Shown: one piece after another, positions 38,746 to 48,916 of the stretch | Layout: every line of letters starts with the position of its first letter | Position numbering within the stretch: the stretch's first letter is position 1 | Origin: Christensenellaceae bacterium | GTDB lineage: Bacteria > Bacillota > Clostridia > Christensenellales > CAG-138 | NCBI GenBank assembly: GCA_963667195.1 | Contig: OY762962.1 | Location: 162,896-226,895, forward strand | Length of the DNA stretch: 64,000 nucleotides | Direction of reading: 5' to 3' | Made by a program: the position numbers and the translations under genes | The notes under the pieces: model-generated | The model's database searches: none | Told to the model about the DNA's origin: nothing | The model's input: the letters and a program-made list of their open reading frames with translations, nothing else

Positions 38746-40035
38746 CTACCGTCCAATGGAATAATACTCCACTCCACCGCGCTTCATCAACTCCGGATCA
38801 AAGATGTTGCGTCCGTCATAGACCAGCGGAACGCGCATGCGTTTGCGGAATTGTTCGGGCGTCAAGCGGACAAGCTCTTCCCACTCGGTGAACACAAAGC
38901 AGCAAAACGAGCCTTGCAGCGCTTCCTCCACGCTGTTCGCCAGCGGGACATTCGGGTATTTCTTGTGGAAATTCTCCGCCGCAATCGGGTCATAACAGAT
39001 CACGTCCGCTCCGTGTTCCAGCAAGAGCCGGATGTTTTCGAGCGACGGCGCTTCTCGTAGATCGTCAGTTCCCGGCTTAAACGCGAGTCCCAGCACCGCG
39101 ACCCGCACGTTTTCAAACGTCATGAGGCGCTGCTTTGCCTTCTCGAAGAGGCGCGTCTTTTGCCGCTCGTTGATCTCCACCGCAGCGTCGACAGTCTTGA
39201 GCTGCGCGCCGTGCTGTCGGGCAAGGTAAGTCAGCGCCTTGGTATCTTTCGGGAAACAGCTTCCGCCATAACCGACGCCCGCCTTGAGGAACTTGGCGCC
39301 GATGCGCGGATCATACCGCATGCCCTCGGCGACGTCGTCGATGTTGGCACCGACGAGCTCGCAGAGGTTCGCGATATCGTTCATATACGAAATTTTCAAT
39401 GCGAGAAAATTGTTGCAGGCGTACTTGATCATCTCGGCCGAGCGGCGGGAAACCGACACGATCGGCAGATCAAACGGCGCGTAGATATCGAGCAGGATCT
39501 TTCTCGCGACGTCGTCCTCGGTGCCGATGATGATGCGCGTTGCATGCATGGTGTCGTAAACGGCGTTGCCTTGCGCCAAGAACTCGGGGTTGCTGGCAAC
39601 GCGGATGGTCAAATCCCGCTCCAAATTGTCCTTGATGAACTGCTCCACCTTGTCGTTGGTGCCAACCGGTACGGTCGACTTCACCACCACGAGGCAGTCA
39701 CGCGTGACGTTCTGGGCAATCTGCCTGCAAACCGCGGCGATATAGCGAAGGTTTGCGCTGCCGTCAGGCTTTTCCGGGGTGCCGACGCCGATGAAGATCG
39801 CGTCCGCGTCCGAATACGCGCTTTGGTAATCGCTGGTAAAAAAGAGCCTGCCCGCCGCGATGTTTTTCTTGAGCAGTTCCTCCAGCCCTTCCTCATAGAT
39901 GGGCGAGATTCCCTGGCGCATCTGCGCAATCTTTTCTTCGTCCACATCCACGCAGGTGACGGTATGCCCTTTTTCCGCGAAGCAAACACCGGCCACCAAG
40001 CCGACATAACCCGTTCCGGCAACAGAGAGTTTCAT
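38746..40035 (-). CDS. ugd: UDP-glucose 6-dehydrogenase
   Basis: GTGYVG, KSTVPVGT, SNPEFL, GYGGSCFPKD, FKPGTDDLREAP, DGRN. Confidence 0.95.
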   Translation of the reverse strand: MKLSVAGTGYVGLVAGVCFAEKGHTVTCVDVDEEKIAQMRQGISPIYEEGLEELLKKNIAAGRLFFTSDYQSAYSDADAIFIGVGTPEKPDGSANLRYIAAVCRQIAQNVTRDCLVVVKSTVPVGTNDKVEQFIKDNLERDLTIRVASNPEFLAQGNAVYDTMHATRIIIGTEDDVARKILLDIYAPFDLPIVSVSRRSAEMIKYACNNFLALKISYMNDIANLCELVGANIDDVAEGMRYDPRIGAKFLKAGVGYGGSCFPKDTKALTYLARQHGAQLKTVDAAVEINERQKTRLFEKAKQRLMTFENVRVAVLGLAFKPGTDDLREAPSLENIRLLLEHGADVICYDPIAAENFHKKYPNVPLANSVEEALQGSFCCFVFTEWEELVRLTPEQFRKRMRVPLVYDGRNIFDPELMKRGGVEYYSIGR

Positions 40036-40084
40036 AACGAACCTTCCTCCTATTTCAGAAGCCCGCTCAAGCGGGATTGATGGA

Positions 40085-41602
40085 TCAGATGATCTTGTTG
40101 ACGTCGTCGCCGCAAGAGCCGTCCTCGGCGCAGACCGGCGGCTGAGGCGTGCGGTTCTTCGTGAAATACTTGCGCATAGCCGTCCAGAGGTAATTGAAGC
40201 TTTCCAACTTTAATAATACCGCCAAACCGAGGTAAACCGCAATCCCGCAGACGATCTGCAAAATCAGGCTTACCAATTCCGGCATAGGCACGAGCGATAC
40301 GCCGTAGACCGCACCGCACATGGCGACGGAAAGCAGAACGGGCGGCATCATATCCCAGATTTGGTCCCGCCAGCGATACGCAAAAAATTTCTTCATGTAG
40401 ACCATCGTTACGATCATGGAGAACACGCAGGTCAGCACATAGCCCCAGGCAATCGCAAACGGCGAGGAAAACGCAAACACGGAAATTGCAAGTGCCGCAA
40501 GCCCGAATACCTTTTTGATAATCTCGGACACCAGATAGATGTCGCTTTTGCCGAGCGCGAGAAGCGCCTGCAGATCTGTTGCCTCCATGGGATAAAACAC
40601 CGACGCAATACACATCATTTGCAGATACGGCACGGTTGGCAACCACTTAGCCGTCAGCAATATGTGAATGAAGGGGGTTGCAACGGCAGCAAGGCCCGCC
40701 ATCATGGGAACGACCATCAGCGAGGTGGAACGGTTTGTCTTTCGCACCATTTCACGTACGCGGTCTCTATCTTCCTGATGTAACGCATATGCCGGAAACA
40801 GCACGGAAAGCGCAACACTGTTGAGGCTTTCCGAAATCATCCCGGGAATCTGCTTGCCCCTTGAATAAAACGCAAGGGAAGCGTCACTATAGCGCGCACC
40901 TAAAATCTGGACTGTGATGCTGTTATATCCTTTGTCCAACAAGCTCGAAAGCAAAAGCTTCCACCCGAAGCGTAAATGCGTCTTTGCTCGCCCGAATGAG
41001 AACACAAAAGCAGGCTTCCAGCGATCCAGCAACCAAAGTATGATCACGCTGCAAAGCGAACCAATCATCTGCTGCGCAATCAGCGCCCAGAGGCCATAGC
41101 CTCGATACGCCATATAGATACCAATCGCACCGGCGATCAGGGATGTGAACAACGTCGCAATGCAAAACATCCGGAATTCCAATTTGCGCTGAATGATTGC
41201 ACCCTGAACCGCGTTGAATGCGCTAAAGAACAGCGAGAGCGCGATCACGCGCAGCGCCGGAATGTAGACCGGATCTTTGTTTACTTTAGCAAGAAATGGT
41301 GCGCTGAAATAAAAGATTGCGTAGAAAACGCTTGCAAGCGCAAGCATGATCCAGAGAACGGTTGAAAAATCCACGTTGTCTGCGTCTTTACGCTGAACCA
41401 GCGAGGTCACGAATCCACGCTTCATGATCTCACCCGCAAAATCGACATACATCAGCATCATCGTGAGCGTCTTGTAGTTCTGCGGATCGAGTAGGCGCGC
41501 CAGTACGACGAGGATGACCATCTTGACCAACTGGTTGCCGCCGCTCTCCATCGCCTTCCAGATGACGCCCGATATGGTTTTATTGCGAATTGTTGAATCC
41601 AT
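40085..41602 (-). CDS. Polysaccharide flippase (Wzx, PST family)
   Basis: VVLARLLDP, GYGLWALIAQQ, FGWKLLLS, about 12-14 TMs. Confidence 0.9.
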   Translation of the reverse strand: MDSTIRNKTISGVIWKAMESGGNQLVKMVILVVLARLLDPQNYKTLTMMLMYVDFAGEIMKRGFVTSLVQRKDADNVDFSTVLWIMLALASVFYAIFYFSAPFLAKVNKDPVYIPALRVIALSLFFSAFNAVQGAIIQRKLEFRMFCIATLFTSLIAGAIGIYMAYRGYGLWALIAQQMIGSLCSVIILWLLDRWKPAFVFSFGRAKTHLRFGWKLLLSSLLDKGYNSITVQILGARYSDASLAFYSRGKQIPGMISESLNSVALSVLFPAYALHQEDRDRVREMVRKTNRSTSLMVVPMMAGLAAVATPFIHILLTAKWLPTVPYLQMMCIASVFYPMEATDLQALLALGKSDIYLVSEIIKKVFGLAALAISVFAFSSPFAIAWGYVLTCVFSMIVTMVYMKKFFAYRWRDQIWDMMPPVLLSVAMCGAVYGVSLVPMPELVSLILQIVCGIAVYLGLAVLLKLESFNYLWTAMRKYFTKNRTPQPPVCAEDGSCGDDVNKII

Positions 41603-41613
41603 AAATCCTTCTT

Positions 41614-42585
41614 TTACTTTCTCCGGTTGCGCGCCCAATTCAGATAGCGCATGGTGAGCCCGGAGAAATATTTTTCGCCAAACAGCCGAATCTTGCGATT
41701 GGTTGATAGCTTATCGTAAAACACGCGATAAGGAGGTTGTTTGGCCTCCTTGAGTTTGTGCTGATAGGTTAGAATCAAAAACTCCTGATACTGAATCGCC
41801 TGAACAAACGCATCATGGTACTTCCCGCCGGAATATGCGTCATAGCCTTCGTTGAGCGCGATCAAATCGCGGCTCGTCTTGATGCGCGTCTCCATTCTGG
41901 ACGCATACTGCCGCGTCGACCAGGAGCCCGGAACCGCCAGACGGTACGCCATCAGCGTGTCCGCGATATACCAGGCGTATCCCGTGAGCGCGCCGAGCAG
42001 TTGAAAGGGAATATCCTCCGCCTCCACATGATCCGCAAACTCCGGCAAATCCTTGAGCAGCTGTGTCGGCATCACGATCGTGTTCGTTGCGTTAAAGCCG
42101 CCGCCACCGCGAATCATATCGACCGGATCGACCACCCGATCCACATCATACGGCTTCACGTGACCCACGACATTGTTATTCACATCCACGAGATCCGCGC
42201 CGCCGATGCAAAGCGTGCAGTCCGGGTGCGCTTCCAGATACTCGACCTGTTTTTGCAGCTTCTTTGGATCGATCCAGTAATCATCTCCGTCGAGAATCGC
42301 GGTATACTTTGCGGTCACGCGCGGGATTAAAATATGCGACTGAATGCGTCTATCAATCGTATACTGATTGACCGTCTGCGCAATTAAAGTGATTTTTTCC
42401 GGATAGCGTGCGGCATATGCGCGGCAAATGTCCGCCGTGCCGTCCGTGGAAGCATCGTCATGCAGTAAGATGTCAAAGGGAAACTCTGTCTGTTGCATCA
42501 ACACGCTTTCAATCGCTTGTGCGATGAACGGCGCGTGGTTATGCGTTGGCAGGATCACCGTGACCAGCGCTTTTTGCGTCTGCAT
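41614..42585 (-). CDS. Glycosyltransferase family 2
   Basis: HDDASTDGT, LDGDDYW..P.KLQKQ; RBS GGAGG. Confidence 0.92.
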   Translation of the reverse strand: MQTQKALVTVILPTHNHAPFIAQAIESVLMQQTEFPFDILLHDDASTDGTADICRAYAARYPEKITLIAQTVNQYTIDRRIQSHILIPRVTAKYTAILDGDDYWIDPKKLQKQVEYLEAHPDCTLCIGGADLVDVNNNVVGHVKPYDVDRVVDPVDMIRGGGGFNATNTIVMPTQLLKDLPEFADHVEAEDIPFQLLGALTGYAWYIADTLMAYRLAVPGSWSTRQYASRMETRIKTSRDLIALNEGYDAYSGGKYHDAFVQAIQYQEFLILTYQHKLKEAKQPPYRVFYDKLSTNRKIRLFGEKYFSGLTMRYLNWARNRRK

Positions 42586-42602
42586 GATTTCTACCTCCTG
42601 AG

Positions 42603-43538
42603 TCATTGTTTCAGCAATCCGATTCGCACGAGATGCATGCGAATGCGCCGCTTGAGCGGCAGCTCCAGATAGCGCTTGCGATACGGCGGCTTCTTGAGCG
42701 CGGGCAGGTCGTTTGTCATGCGCAGCACTTCGTATTCCTGATAGGTCGCGTTGAAGTCCACCGCCTCATGCCAGCGATAGTTCGATTGATGGTCAAACTC
42801 GCGCAGCGCGCGCGCAAGCCCTCTGTGGTGAACGATCTGCGCCTCTCTGCCCGCCGCGTGATACGTCTCCGTCCAGGAGCCGGGCACCGCCTGACGGTAA
42901 GCGCACATCGGCTCGGAAAAATAGTGCGTCGTTCCGTTGGAGGCAAACCAAATCTGCAGCACCGCGTCGTCCACATCCGTTTCGTCGCAAAACGACGCGC
43001 GGTTCTGCGCGAGGCTTGTGGGAGCAACGATGGACGCGGTCGCGACAAAGCCGCCGCCGCCGATAATCATATCCTCGGTTGAAATATCCGTGTCCTGATC
43101 ATATGGGGAAACGGAGCCGATCCAGTGTTCCTCCGGGTCGACCAAATCCGCCGCGCAGACGCAAAGCGTGCAGTCGGGATGTTCTTCCATATAGGAAATC
43201 TGTTTCTGGAGCTTGTTAGGGCTTGTCCAGAAGTCGTCGCCTTCGCAGATTGCGATATATTTCCCGCGCGCAAGCGGAAAGACATAGTGCTCCAGTATCT
43301 TCGGGTCTTTTGAGTAGACGTTTTCGGTGCGGTAGACACAGCGAAACAAGTCGGGGTGCGCCGACTCATACGAGCGGATGATGTCAGCCGTCTCGTCGGT
43401 CGAGGCGTCGTCATGCACGATGATTTCAAATGAAAACTCGGTTTGCTGGCTTAAGAATCCATCCAGCGTGCGCCTGATATACGGCGCATGATTATAGGTA
43501 TCGCATACGATCGATACCAGCGGTTGATTATGCTCCAT
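42603..43538 (-). CDS. Glycosyltransferase family 2 (paralog of the downstream gene)
   Basis: YNHAPYI, HDDASTD, CEGDDFW...KLQKQ. Confidence 0.92.
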   Translation of the reverse strand: MEHNQPLVSIVCDTYNHAPYIRRTLDGFLSQQTEFSFEIIVHDDASTDETADIIRSYESAHPDLFRCVYRTENVYSKDPKILEHYVFPLARGKYIAICEGDDFWTSPNKLQKQISYMEEHPDCTLCVCAADLVDPEEHWIGSVSPYDQDTDISTEDMIIGGGGFVATASIVAPTSLAQNRASFCDETDVDDAVLQIWFASNGTTHYFSEPMCAYRQAVPGSWTETYHAAGREAQIVHHRGLARALREFDHQSNYRWHEAVDFNATYQEYEVLRMTNDLPALKKPPYRKRYLELPLKRRIRMHLVRIGLLKQ

Positions 43539-44568
43539 GCTGCGCCCTCATCTTCAGCTTGCCCAGCGCGCAAATGCCGTCCAGCAGCCAAATGGTTTGA
43601 TCGAGTATCGCGCGCACCTGCAAGCGATGCATGCGCGATAAATACTTATTAGAAAAGAGGTGCTTCTCCTGCGCCTGAAAATGCGCGTCCCAGGGGAATC
43701 GCAGAACGTCAAGCTTCTGCGCTCTGGTCTTTGCCGCGCGATAATGCATCCAAAATACCGTGAGAGCGCCTCGTGTCGTGCGCGCTTGCAGCCGATCGAT
43801 CTCCTCCCGGGAATCCATGCCCCAGAGCGCCATATACCGGCGCAACTGAGATTCTTTCTTCTCGTCAAACATCTTCTCCAGCCGCTGAATCTCCATCACT
43901 CTTGTCATACTGCTGGCATGCCTGCGGTAGCGGTAGAGCATCTTGTCGCGATACACAATCTTGTTTGCGTACGTCAGCGGATAGAGCGATTGCAGCAAAT
44001 CCTCTCCGTGCGGATTATCCGCATAGAGCATGTAGTCCGTATCGTCGCTTTTAAGCAGCGGCGTTCGGATCGCCTTCATCCAGATGTTGTTCAGCCGTTC
44101 GGATGAGATGAGCTCGCGATAGATCTGCTTTTTCTGTTCGCCGGTAAACTCCGTTTGATCGGGAAAGACGACCTTGTTCGGTTCAATCGAGCCGTCCTCC
44201 TCAAAATAGCTGTAGTTGTTGAAGATCACGACATCCGCCTGCGTCTTCTCGATGGTCTCGCGCACGGTGGCGAGGCACTCCGGCTCATAGGCATCGTCCG
44301 CGTCGAGAAACATGCAGTAGTCCCCCTGCGCCGCGGCAATTCCCGCGCGCCGCGCGAGAATCAGCCCCTGATTCTGCTGATGAATCACGCGCACCCGTTC
44401 GGGATACCGCGTCTGATATGCGTCACAGATTGCCCCGCCCGCATCGGTTGAACCATCGTCCACGAGTATGAGCTCATAGTCGCTCTCACGCTGGTTTAAG
44501 ACGGAATCGAAGCATTCCTTGAGATATTTTTCGGAATTATAGACCGGAACGAGTATGCTTAGCAGCAT
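43528..44568 (-). CDS. Glycosyltransferase family 2
   Basis: VPVYNSEKYL, VDDGSTD, FLDADD, GEDL. Confidence 0.92.
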   Translation of the reverse strand: MLLSILVPVYNSEKYLKECFDSVLNQRESDYELILVDDGSTDAGGAICDAYQTRYPERVRVIHQQNQGLILARRAGIAAAQGDYCMFLDADDAYEPECLATVRETIEKTQADVVIFNNYSYFEEDGSIEPNKVVFPDQTEFTGEQKKQIYRELISSERLNNIWMKAIRTPLLKSDDTDYMLYADNPHGEDLLQSLYPLTYANKIVYRDKMLYRYRRHASSMTRVMEIQRLEKMFDEKKESQLRRYMALWGMDSREEIDRLQARTTRGALTVFWMHYRAAKTRAQKLDVLRFPWDAHFQAQEKHLFSNKYLSRMHRLQVRAILDQTIWLLDGICALGKLKMRAQHGA

Positions 44569-44619
44569 GTCTCACTCTCCTTTTGGCTTGGTAAAAATAC
44601 ACACAGCGATTGATCATGC

Positions 44620-45540
44620 TCAAATGTTGTCGATATTGAGCTGATCTCCCAGATACCGATCTCCCTCCGGGCGCATTGTGATGCTCAGCCCGCTGGAACT
44701 ATGCAGCGTGAGCTCGCCGAACTTCACGCCATCCGGCGTATCATATAGATCGACGCGAACGTGAACGAGTCCTGCGGAGAGCCTTTCTGCCAACTCGATC
44801 ATCTCAACATAATGCGGTGGTCGTTCGATCGGTTGGTCTTGCTTCGTTTCCACAAGGTTGGCGTAAATCGAAACCGGCGTGAAATCCGGTAAAAACGTAT
44901 AGCTGCTGCCGTCTCTGTCCGGATGGTGGATATACACGAGCACAATCGCCACTTTGCCGCCGAAGCAAAAGAACTTGTAATCTATCGGCGGTGTTCCGTC
45001 GTCTGCTCCAAGATACGCTTCTGCGAGAATCCGGCGCGGCACGTCGTGATATGGCCACTCCCGCCCGGCAACGGCATAATCCTTTTTGAGTCTGCGCTTC
45101 AGCGCTCGTTTCGCGGCCTTCCAGTCAAAGCGGCTCTTATCCGGGCAAAGGATCGCGCTGCCCGAATCATGCGTGCATTTCAGCACAAACCGGTTCGGCA
45201 AGGCGGATTCATCAATCTCATACGGATCGCTCCACGACCCAAGAAATGGAATTAGGTATTGTGTGCCAATGCGCTGGGAGACATAATCCCGTACTGCGAT
45301 CTTGTCGCATAGCAGCGGATTGATCGGGTTTTTGTCGTGCAGCTTGAGCCATTGCAGCTTCTCGCTATAGTCCCGAGGCGGATCAAGGTGCAAGGGCCTG
45401 CCAAGTACCCCGCGATAGAGCAAGCGCAGATACCGCTCGTCATCCATCCGCGCAAATAAGCCATGATGCGTCAGCCCGGCAAAAATCTTGTACGGGTTTA
45501 TCAGAACGGAGCGAATCCCACTTGCTGGTAATAGTTTCAT
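44620..45540 (-). CDS. TupA-like ATP-grasp fold amidoligase
   Basis: SEKLQWLKL, DKIAVRDYV, FVLKCTHDSG, DYKFFCF, VRVDLY, FGELT. Confidence 0.9.
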   Translation of the reverse strand: MKLLPASGIRSVLINPYKIFAGLTHHGLFARMDDERYLRLLYRGVLGRPLHLDPPRDYSEKLQWLKLHDKNPINPLLCDKIAVRDYVSQRIGTQYLIPFLGSWSDPYEIDESALPNRFVLKCTHDSGSAILCPDKSRFDWKAAKRALKRRLKKDYAVAGREWPYHDVPRRILAEAYLGADDGTPPIDYKFFCFGGKVAIVLVYIHHPDRDGSSYTFLPDFTPVSIYANLVETKQDQPIERPPHYVEMIELAERLSAGLVHVRVDLYDTPDGVKFGELTLHSSSGLSITMRPEGDRYLGDQLNIDNI

Positions 45541-45586
45541 GTAATCCCCCCGGTCGATGAACCCTGCCAAACATTAAATATTAATT

Positions 45587-46516
45587 CTATGCCGTGACGC
45601 CCAGCGACTCAAACCGCGCGGGGACAAATCCTTCCACACGTACGCGCAAAGAGCGCTTCTGAAATTCCTCCATCAGCTCCGCGGACGCCGTTTCGTCGGC
45701 AATCGCGGCGCCGTTACCCGCGCCCACGACCGGCACGAAGCCGACCGTATCCGCGCCGTAATCGCCGATGGTATAGCGCACGAGAAGACCCGCCTGCGCT
45801 TCGCCGGAGATCAGGCTGCCCTGTCCGTAGACGATGGTGGTGTTGTTCCAGCGCTCGCTGCAGCCGACGGTGTGGCTGCCCTGGCTCAGCACGAGGGACG
45901 CACCGCATTCCGCAATCTTGCGGCAGACCTTTTGCTCCATCGGCGTGGGATACGCATATCCCTCTTTCCCGCCGTGGTAAAGCACGATCAGGCGGTCGCA
46001 GTTGGTCTTGATCTCGCGGATGCGATCGCTGAGGTTCACAAGGTCGAGCGGGTTCGCGCCCGCCCTGTGTTCCGTGGCGCTCGCGCTCTCCTGATCGCAG
46101 ACCGCATATACGCCAACGCGAACGCCGTGCCGCACAAAGAAGAACGGCTGATCCGCAGCGTCGATATCCTCACCTGCGCCAAAGAAAGCAACCTGCTTGG
46201 CCTTGAGCGCCGCGCGCGTCTCTTGGATTCCATCCGCCCCGCAGCACGCGATGTGCTCGGTGCAGAGGCTCACCGCCGTCGGGCTCAGCGCGGCAATACC
46301 GCTTGTGCAAGCCGCGGGGGCACAAAAAGCACTAGCGCATGTTTCGCAGTTGGACGCATCCGCAAGCGGTGTCTCCAGCGAAAACAGGCGCGCATCGGCT
46401 GCCTTCCACGCCGCATTGAGTCCGTTGAACAACAGGCTCTGGGTACCGGACGAAAACGCTTCCGTGTTCGACGCCGACAGGGCAACGCCCGCGCCGATAA
46501 AGATCTCCAAGCTCAT
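45587..46516 (-). CDS. CapA/PGA_cap-like protein with degenerate metal motifs
   Basis: Fold-like motifs LETPL, GAGED, AGANP, VLYHGG.E, TIVYG.G; RBS GGAGG. Confidence 0.75.
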   Translation of the reverse strand: MSLEIFIGAGVALSASNTEAFSSGTQSLLFNGLNAAWKAADARLFSLETPLADASNCETCASAFCAPAACTSGIAALSPTAVSLCTEHIACCGADGIQETRAALKAKQVAFFGAGEDIDAADQPFFFVRHGVRVGVYAVCDQESASATEHRAGANPLDLVNLSDRIREIKTNCDRLIVLYHGGKEGYAYPTPMEQKVCRKIAECGASLVLSQGSHTVGCSERWNNTTIVYGQGSLISGEAQAGLLVRYTIGDYGADTVGFVPVVGAGNGAAIADETASAELMEEFQKRSLRVRVEGFVPARFESLGVTA

Positions 46517-46622
46517 GCTGGCTCCTCCAAACGATTTCCTATTATCATCACCCAATATCGGGGGATTCTCTCGTTGTAATTGGTTCGGTCGAATTCCGGA
46601 TCGCATGACGCGAAGTTTGGCG

Positions 46623-47723
46623 TCACTTGCTCCCTTTGCCGTGCTTACCGTCGGCAATCGACTCCAGATACTCTCTCCACTGCTTTGCGACAAGCGCCTC
46701 ATCCAGACGGCTGCGGATCGCGCTTGCCTTGTGACCAAGCCACTCGGCATACGGTTCATCGTCCGCGAGCTTGCACATCGCCTCCAGCAGCGCATCCTCG
46801 TCGCCCACCGGGATCAGCAGCCCGTTTTCGCCGCTGGTGAGCAGCGAGCGCACGCCTCCGATGGGGCAATCCGTCGCGATGCAGCTCAGCCCGCACGCCA
46901 TCGCCTCGATGAGCACGTTTGGCATGCCTTCATAGTCTGAACTCAGCACAAACATGCCGCTGTCGTTGATGTCGGTCAAGAGCGTCTTGCTTTGCCCCGC
47001 GAGTTCGACAGCGCCCGCGATGCCGAGGCTGCTCGCGGTCTTCTGAAGGTGTTCCTTCTCCGGGCCTTCTCCATAGATGACCAGAGAATAGGTGTGGTGA
47101 GTCTTATAAAACCTCGCAAATGCGCGAATTATGAGGTCAAAATTCTTCTGCTCGTGGAGCCTGCCCGCGGCGACGACGTTCTTCTTGCGTTCGCCTTCAT
47201 ACCGCGCGGGAATGCGGCTGGTGTCCAACGGGTTATCGAGCACAACCCCGCGCCGGCGAATTGCATGCGAAAAATACTTTGCAGCGTCCTTCGTCTGGAA
47301 GATGAATCCGCTCGCATAGGGATACACAATTCTGCGGAGCGCGCGTTTAATCCGGCTCTCCGGGTGGCGGTGCGGGTCGTTTCTCTCGCTGACCACGACT
47401 GGTACTCCGGTTCCGAGGAGGAACAGCACCGTCCAGACGTTCACCTTTTCCGGCAAGGCAAGCACGACATCCGGCTGCTCCTGCTTGACGATCTTGCGGA
47501 GCTTTCGGTACGCCTTGGGAATCTTCTTTGCGGGCAGCGTGGAGTCGAAGGTCAGATAGATCTGCTCGACCGACTCCGGCAGGTCATAATAGGAAGGCAC
47601 GCCGCACTCGGTAACGAGTTTGCACTCAATTCCATCCCGCGCAAAGCAAGTCAGCAGCTGCGCTATCACGCGCTCGCAGCCACCGCCGCTCATTTTGTGC
47701 GTTACGATCATGAGTTTTTTCAT
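46623..47723 (-). CDS. Glycosyltransferase family 4
   Basis: GGCERV, VSERNDP, GRLHEQK, EGMPNVLIEAMACG. Confidence 0.92.
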   Translation of the reverse strand: MKKLMIVTHKMSGGGCERVIAQLLTCFARDGIECKLVTECGVPSYYDLPESVEQIYLTFDSTLPAKKIPKAYRKLRKIVKQEQPDVVLALPEKVNVWTVLFLLGTGVPVVVSERNDPHRHPESRIKRALRRIVYPYASGFIFQTKDAAKYFSHAIRRRGVVLDNPLDTSRIPARYEGERKKNVVAAGRLHEQKNFDLIIRAFARFYKTHHTYSLVIYGEGPEKEHLQKTASSLGIAGAVELAGQSKTLLTDINDSGMFVLSSDYEGMPNVLIEAMACGLSCIATDCPIGGVRSLLTSGENGLLIPVGDEDALLEAMCKLADDEPYAEWLGHKASAIRSRLDEALVAKQWREYLESIADGKHGKGSK

Positions 47724-47794
47724 AGAGCCTGTCCCTTCCGTCGAGTGTCCGATCGTCGGTTGCAATCGAGATGATCGCGAGACGATCCGGTGCG

Positions 47795-48916
47795 TTATAT
47801 TGTCCGCTGCGCTGCGGATTCGTAAATTTCCATCAGCGTTTGCGCGTTTTGGCTCACGTCGTAGCCTGCTTCCTGCGCGCGGAGAATCGCAACCGAGGAT
47901 GTGATCGCGCGATCCGTTTGCTTGACTCCCGCCATCGCGCGGGCGAACGAATCCGCCTGCTCAATCGGCGCGAACGACACGAGCTCCGTCAGCGCTGCCT
48001 CGCGCGTCACGCGATCCGACGATACGCAGGAAAGCCCCGCGCACTGCGCCTCGACCAGCGTCAGCGGCAGTCCCTCGTGCAGCGAGGGCAGCACGAATGC
48101 GTCCGCCGCGGAGAGCAGCGCGGGAATATCGTCCCGCAAGCCAAGAAACGAAACCCGCTTGCTTCGTCCAAGCGTCTCCGCGCGTGCCTCGCAGGAGGCC
48201 TTGCGTTCGCCGTCTCCAACGAGAAGCAACCGCGCGTTTTTTTTGGATGCAGGCAGTTTGGAGAATGCTTCCAGCAAAAACGCCTGGTTCTTCTGCTCGT
48301 TGAACGCGCCGACGTGCAGATACACAAATTCGTCTTTTGCTATACCGAGGCTTTCGCGCATCCGCTCTCTTTCAAGGGCGGAGAATCGGAACCGTTCGGT
48401 ATCGATCGCGTTATTGAGCACGGTATAATTACGCTTTGGATAGAGCCACTCGCCAGCCGCGGTTGAGCAGGCCATATTGTCCGTGCTCGCGCGGTAAAAG
48501 ATGCCGCGCAGGAGTTTATCCGTCGTCTTCATCGTGCAGGTGGTGTTGTGGGAATGCGGCATGCGCACGCGCGCCCCGCCGCGCTTTGCCGCGATCAGCT
48601 CGGCAGCAAGCGTTGCGCTGTTGCCGTGCGCGTGGAGAACTTCAATCTCCCGCTCCCGCACGAGCCTGGATAACCTACGCACATAGGTGAGCGGTCGGCG
48701 GTTTCGTCCGGCGAGCACAAACACACTGCCGCCGGTCTGTTCCACCAGCGCGCGCGCTTCTTCACCCGGTTCGTTGGGGCAGACGAGGTCGCAGCGCACC
48801 CGCGCGGGGTCCAGCCGCGAGATGTAGTTCATCACGCAGTTCGCAATGCCGTTTTTGCCGTATCGAACGGTCAAAACCATCATGACCCGAACGGGATTTG
48901 CCACACGGTACCTCAC
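47795..48916 (-). CDS. Glycosyltransferase family 4 (EpsF-like)
   Basis: HSHNT, NAID, QKNQ.FL, EGLPLTLVEAQ.AGL; start uncertain by a few codons. Confidence 0.9.
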   Translation of the reverse strand: MRYRVANPVRVMMVLTVRYGKNGIANCVMNYISRLDPARVRCDLVCPNEPGEEARALVEQTGGSVFVLAGRNRRPLTYVRRLSRLVREREIEVLHAHGNSATLAAELIAAKRGGARVRMPHSHNTTCTMKTTDKLLRGIFYRASTDNMACSTAAGEWLYPKRNYTVLNNAIDTERFRFSALERERMRESLGIAKDEFVYLHVGAFNEQKNQAFLLEAFSKLPASKKNARLLLVGDGERKASCEARAETLGRSKRVSFLGLRDDIPALLSAADAFVLPSLHEGLPLTLVEAQCAGLSCVSSDRVTREAALTELVSFAPIEQADSFARAMAGVKQTDRAITSSVAILRAQEAGYDVSQNAQTLMEIYESAAQRTI

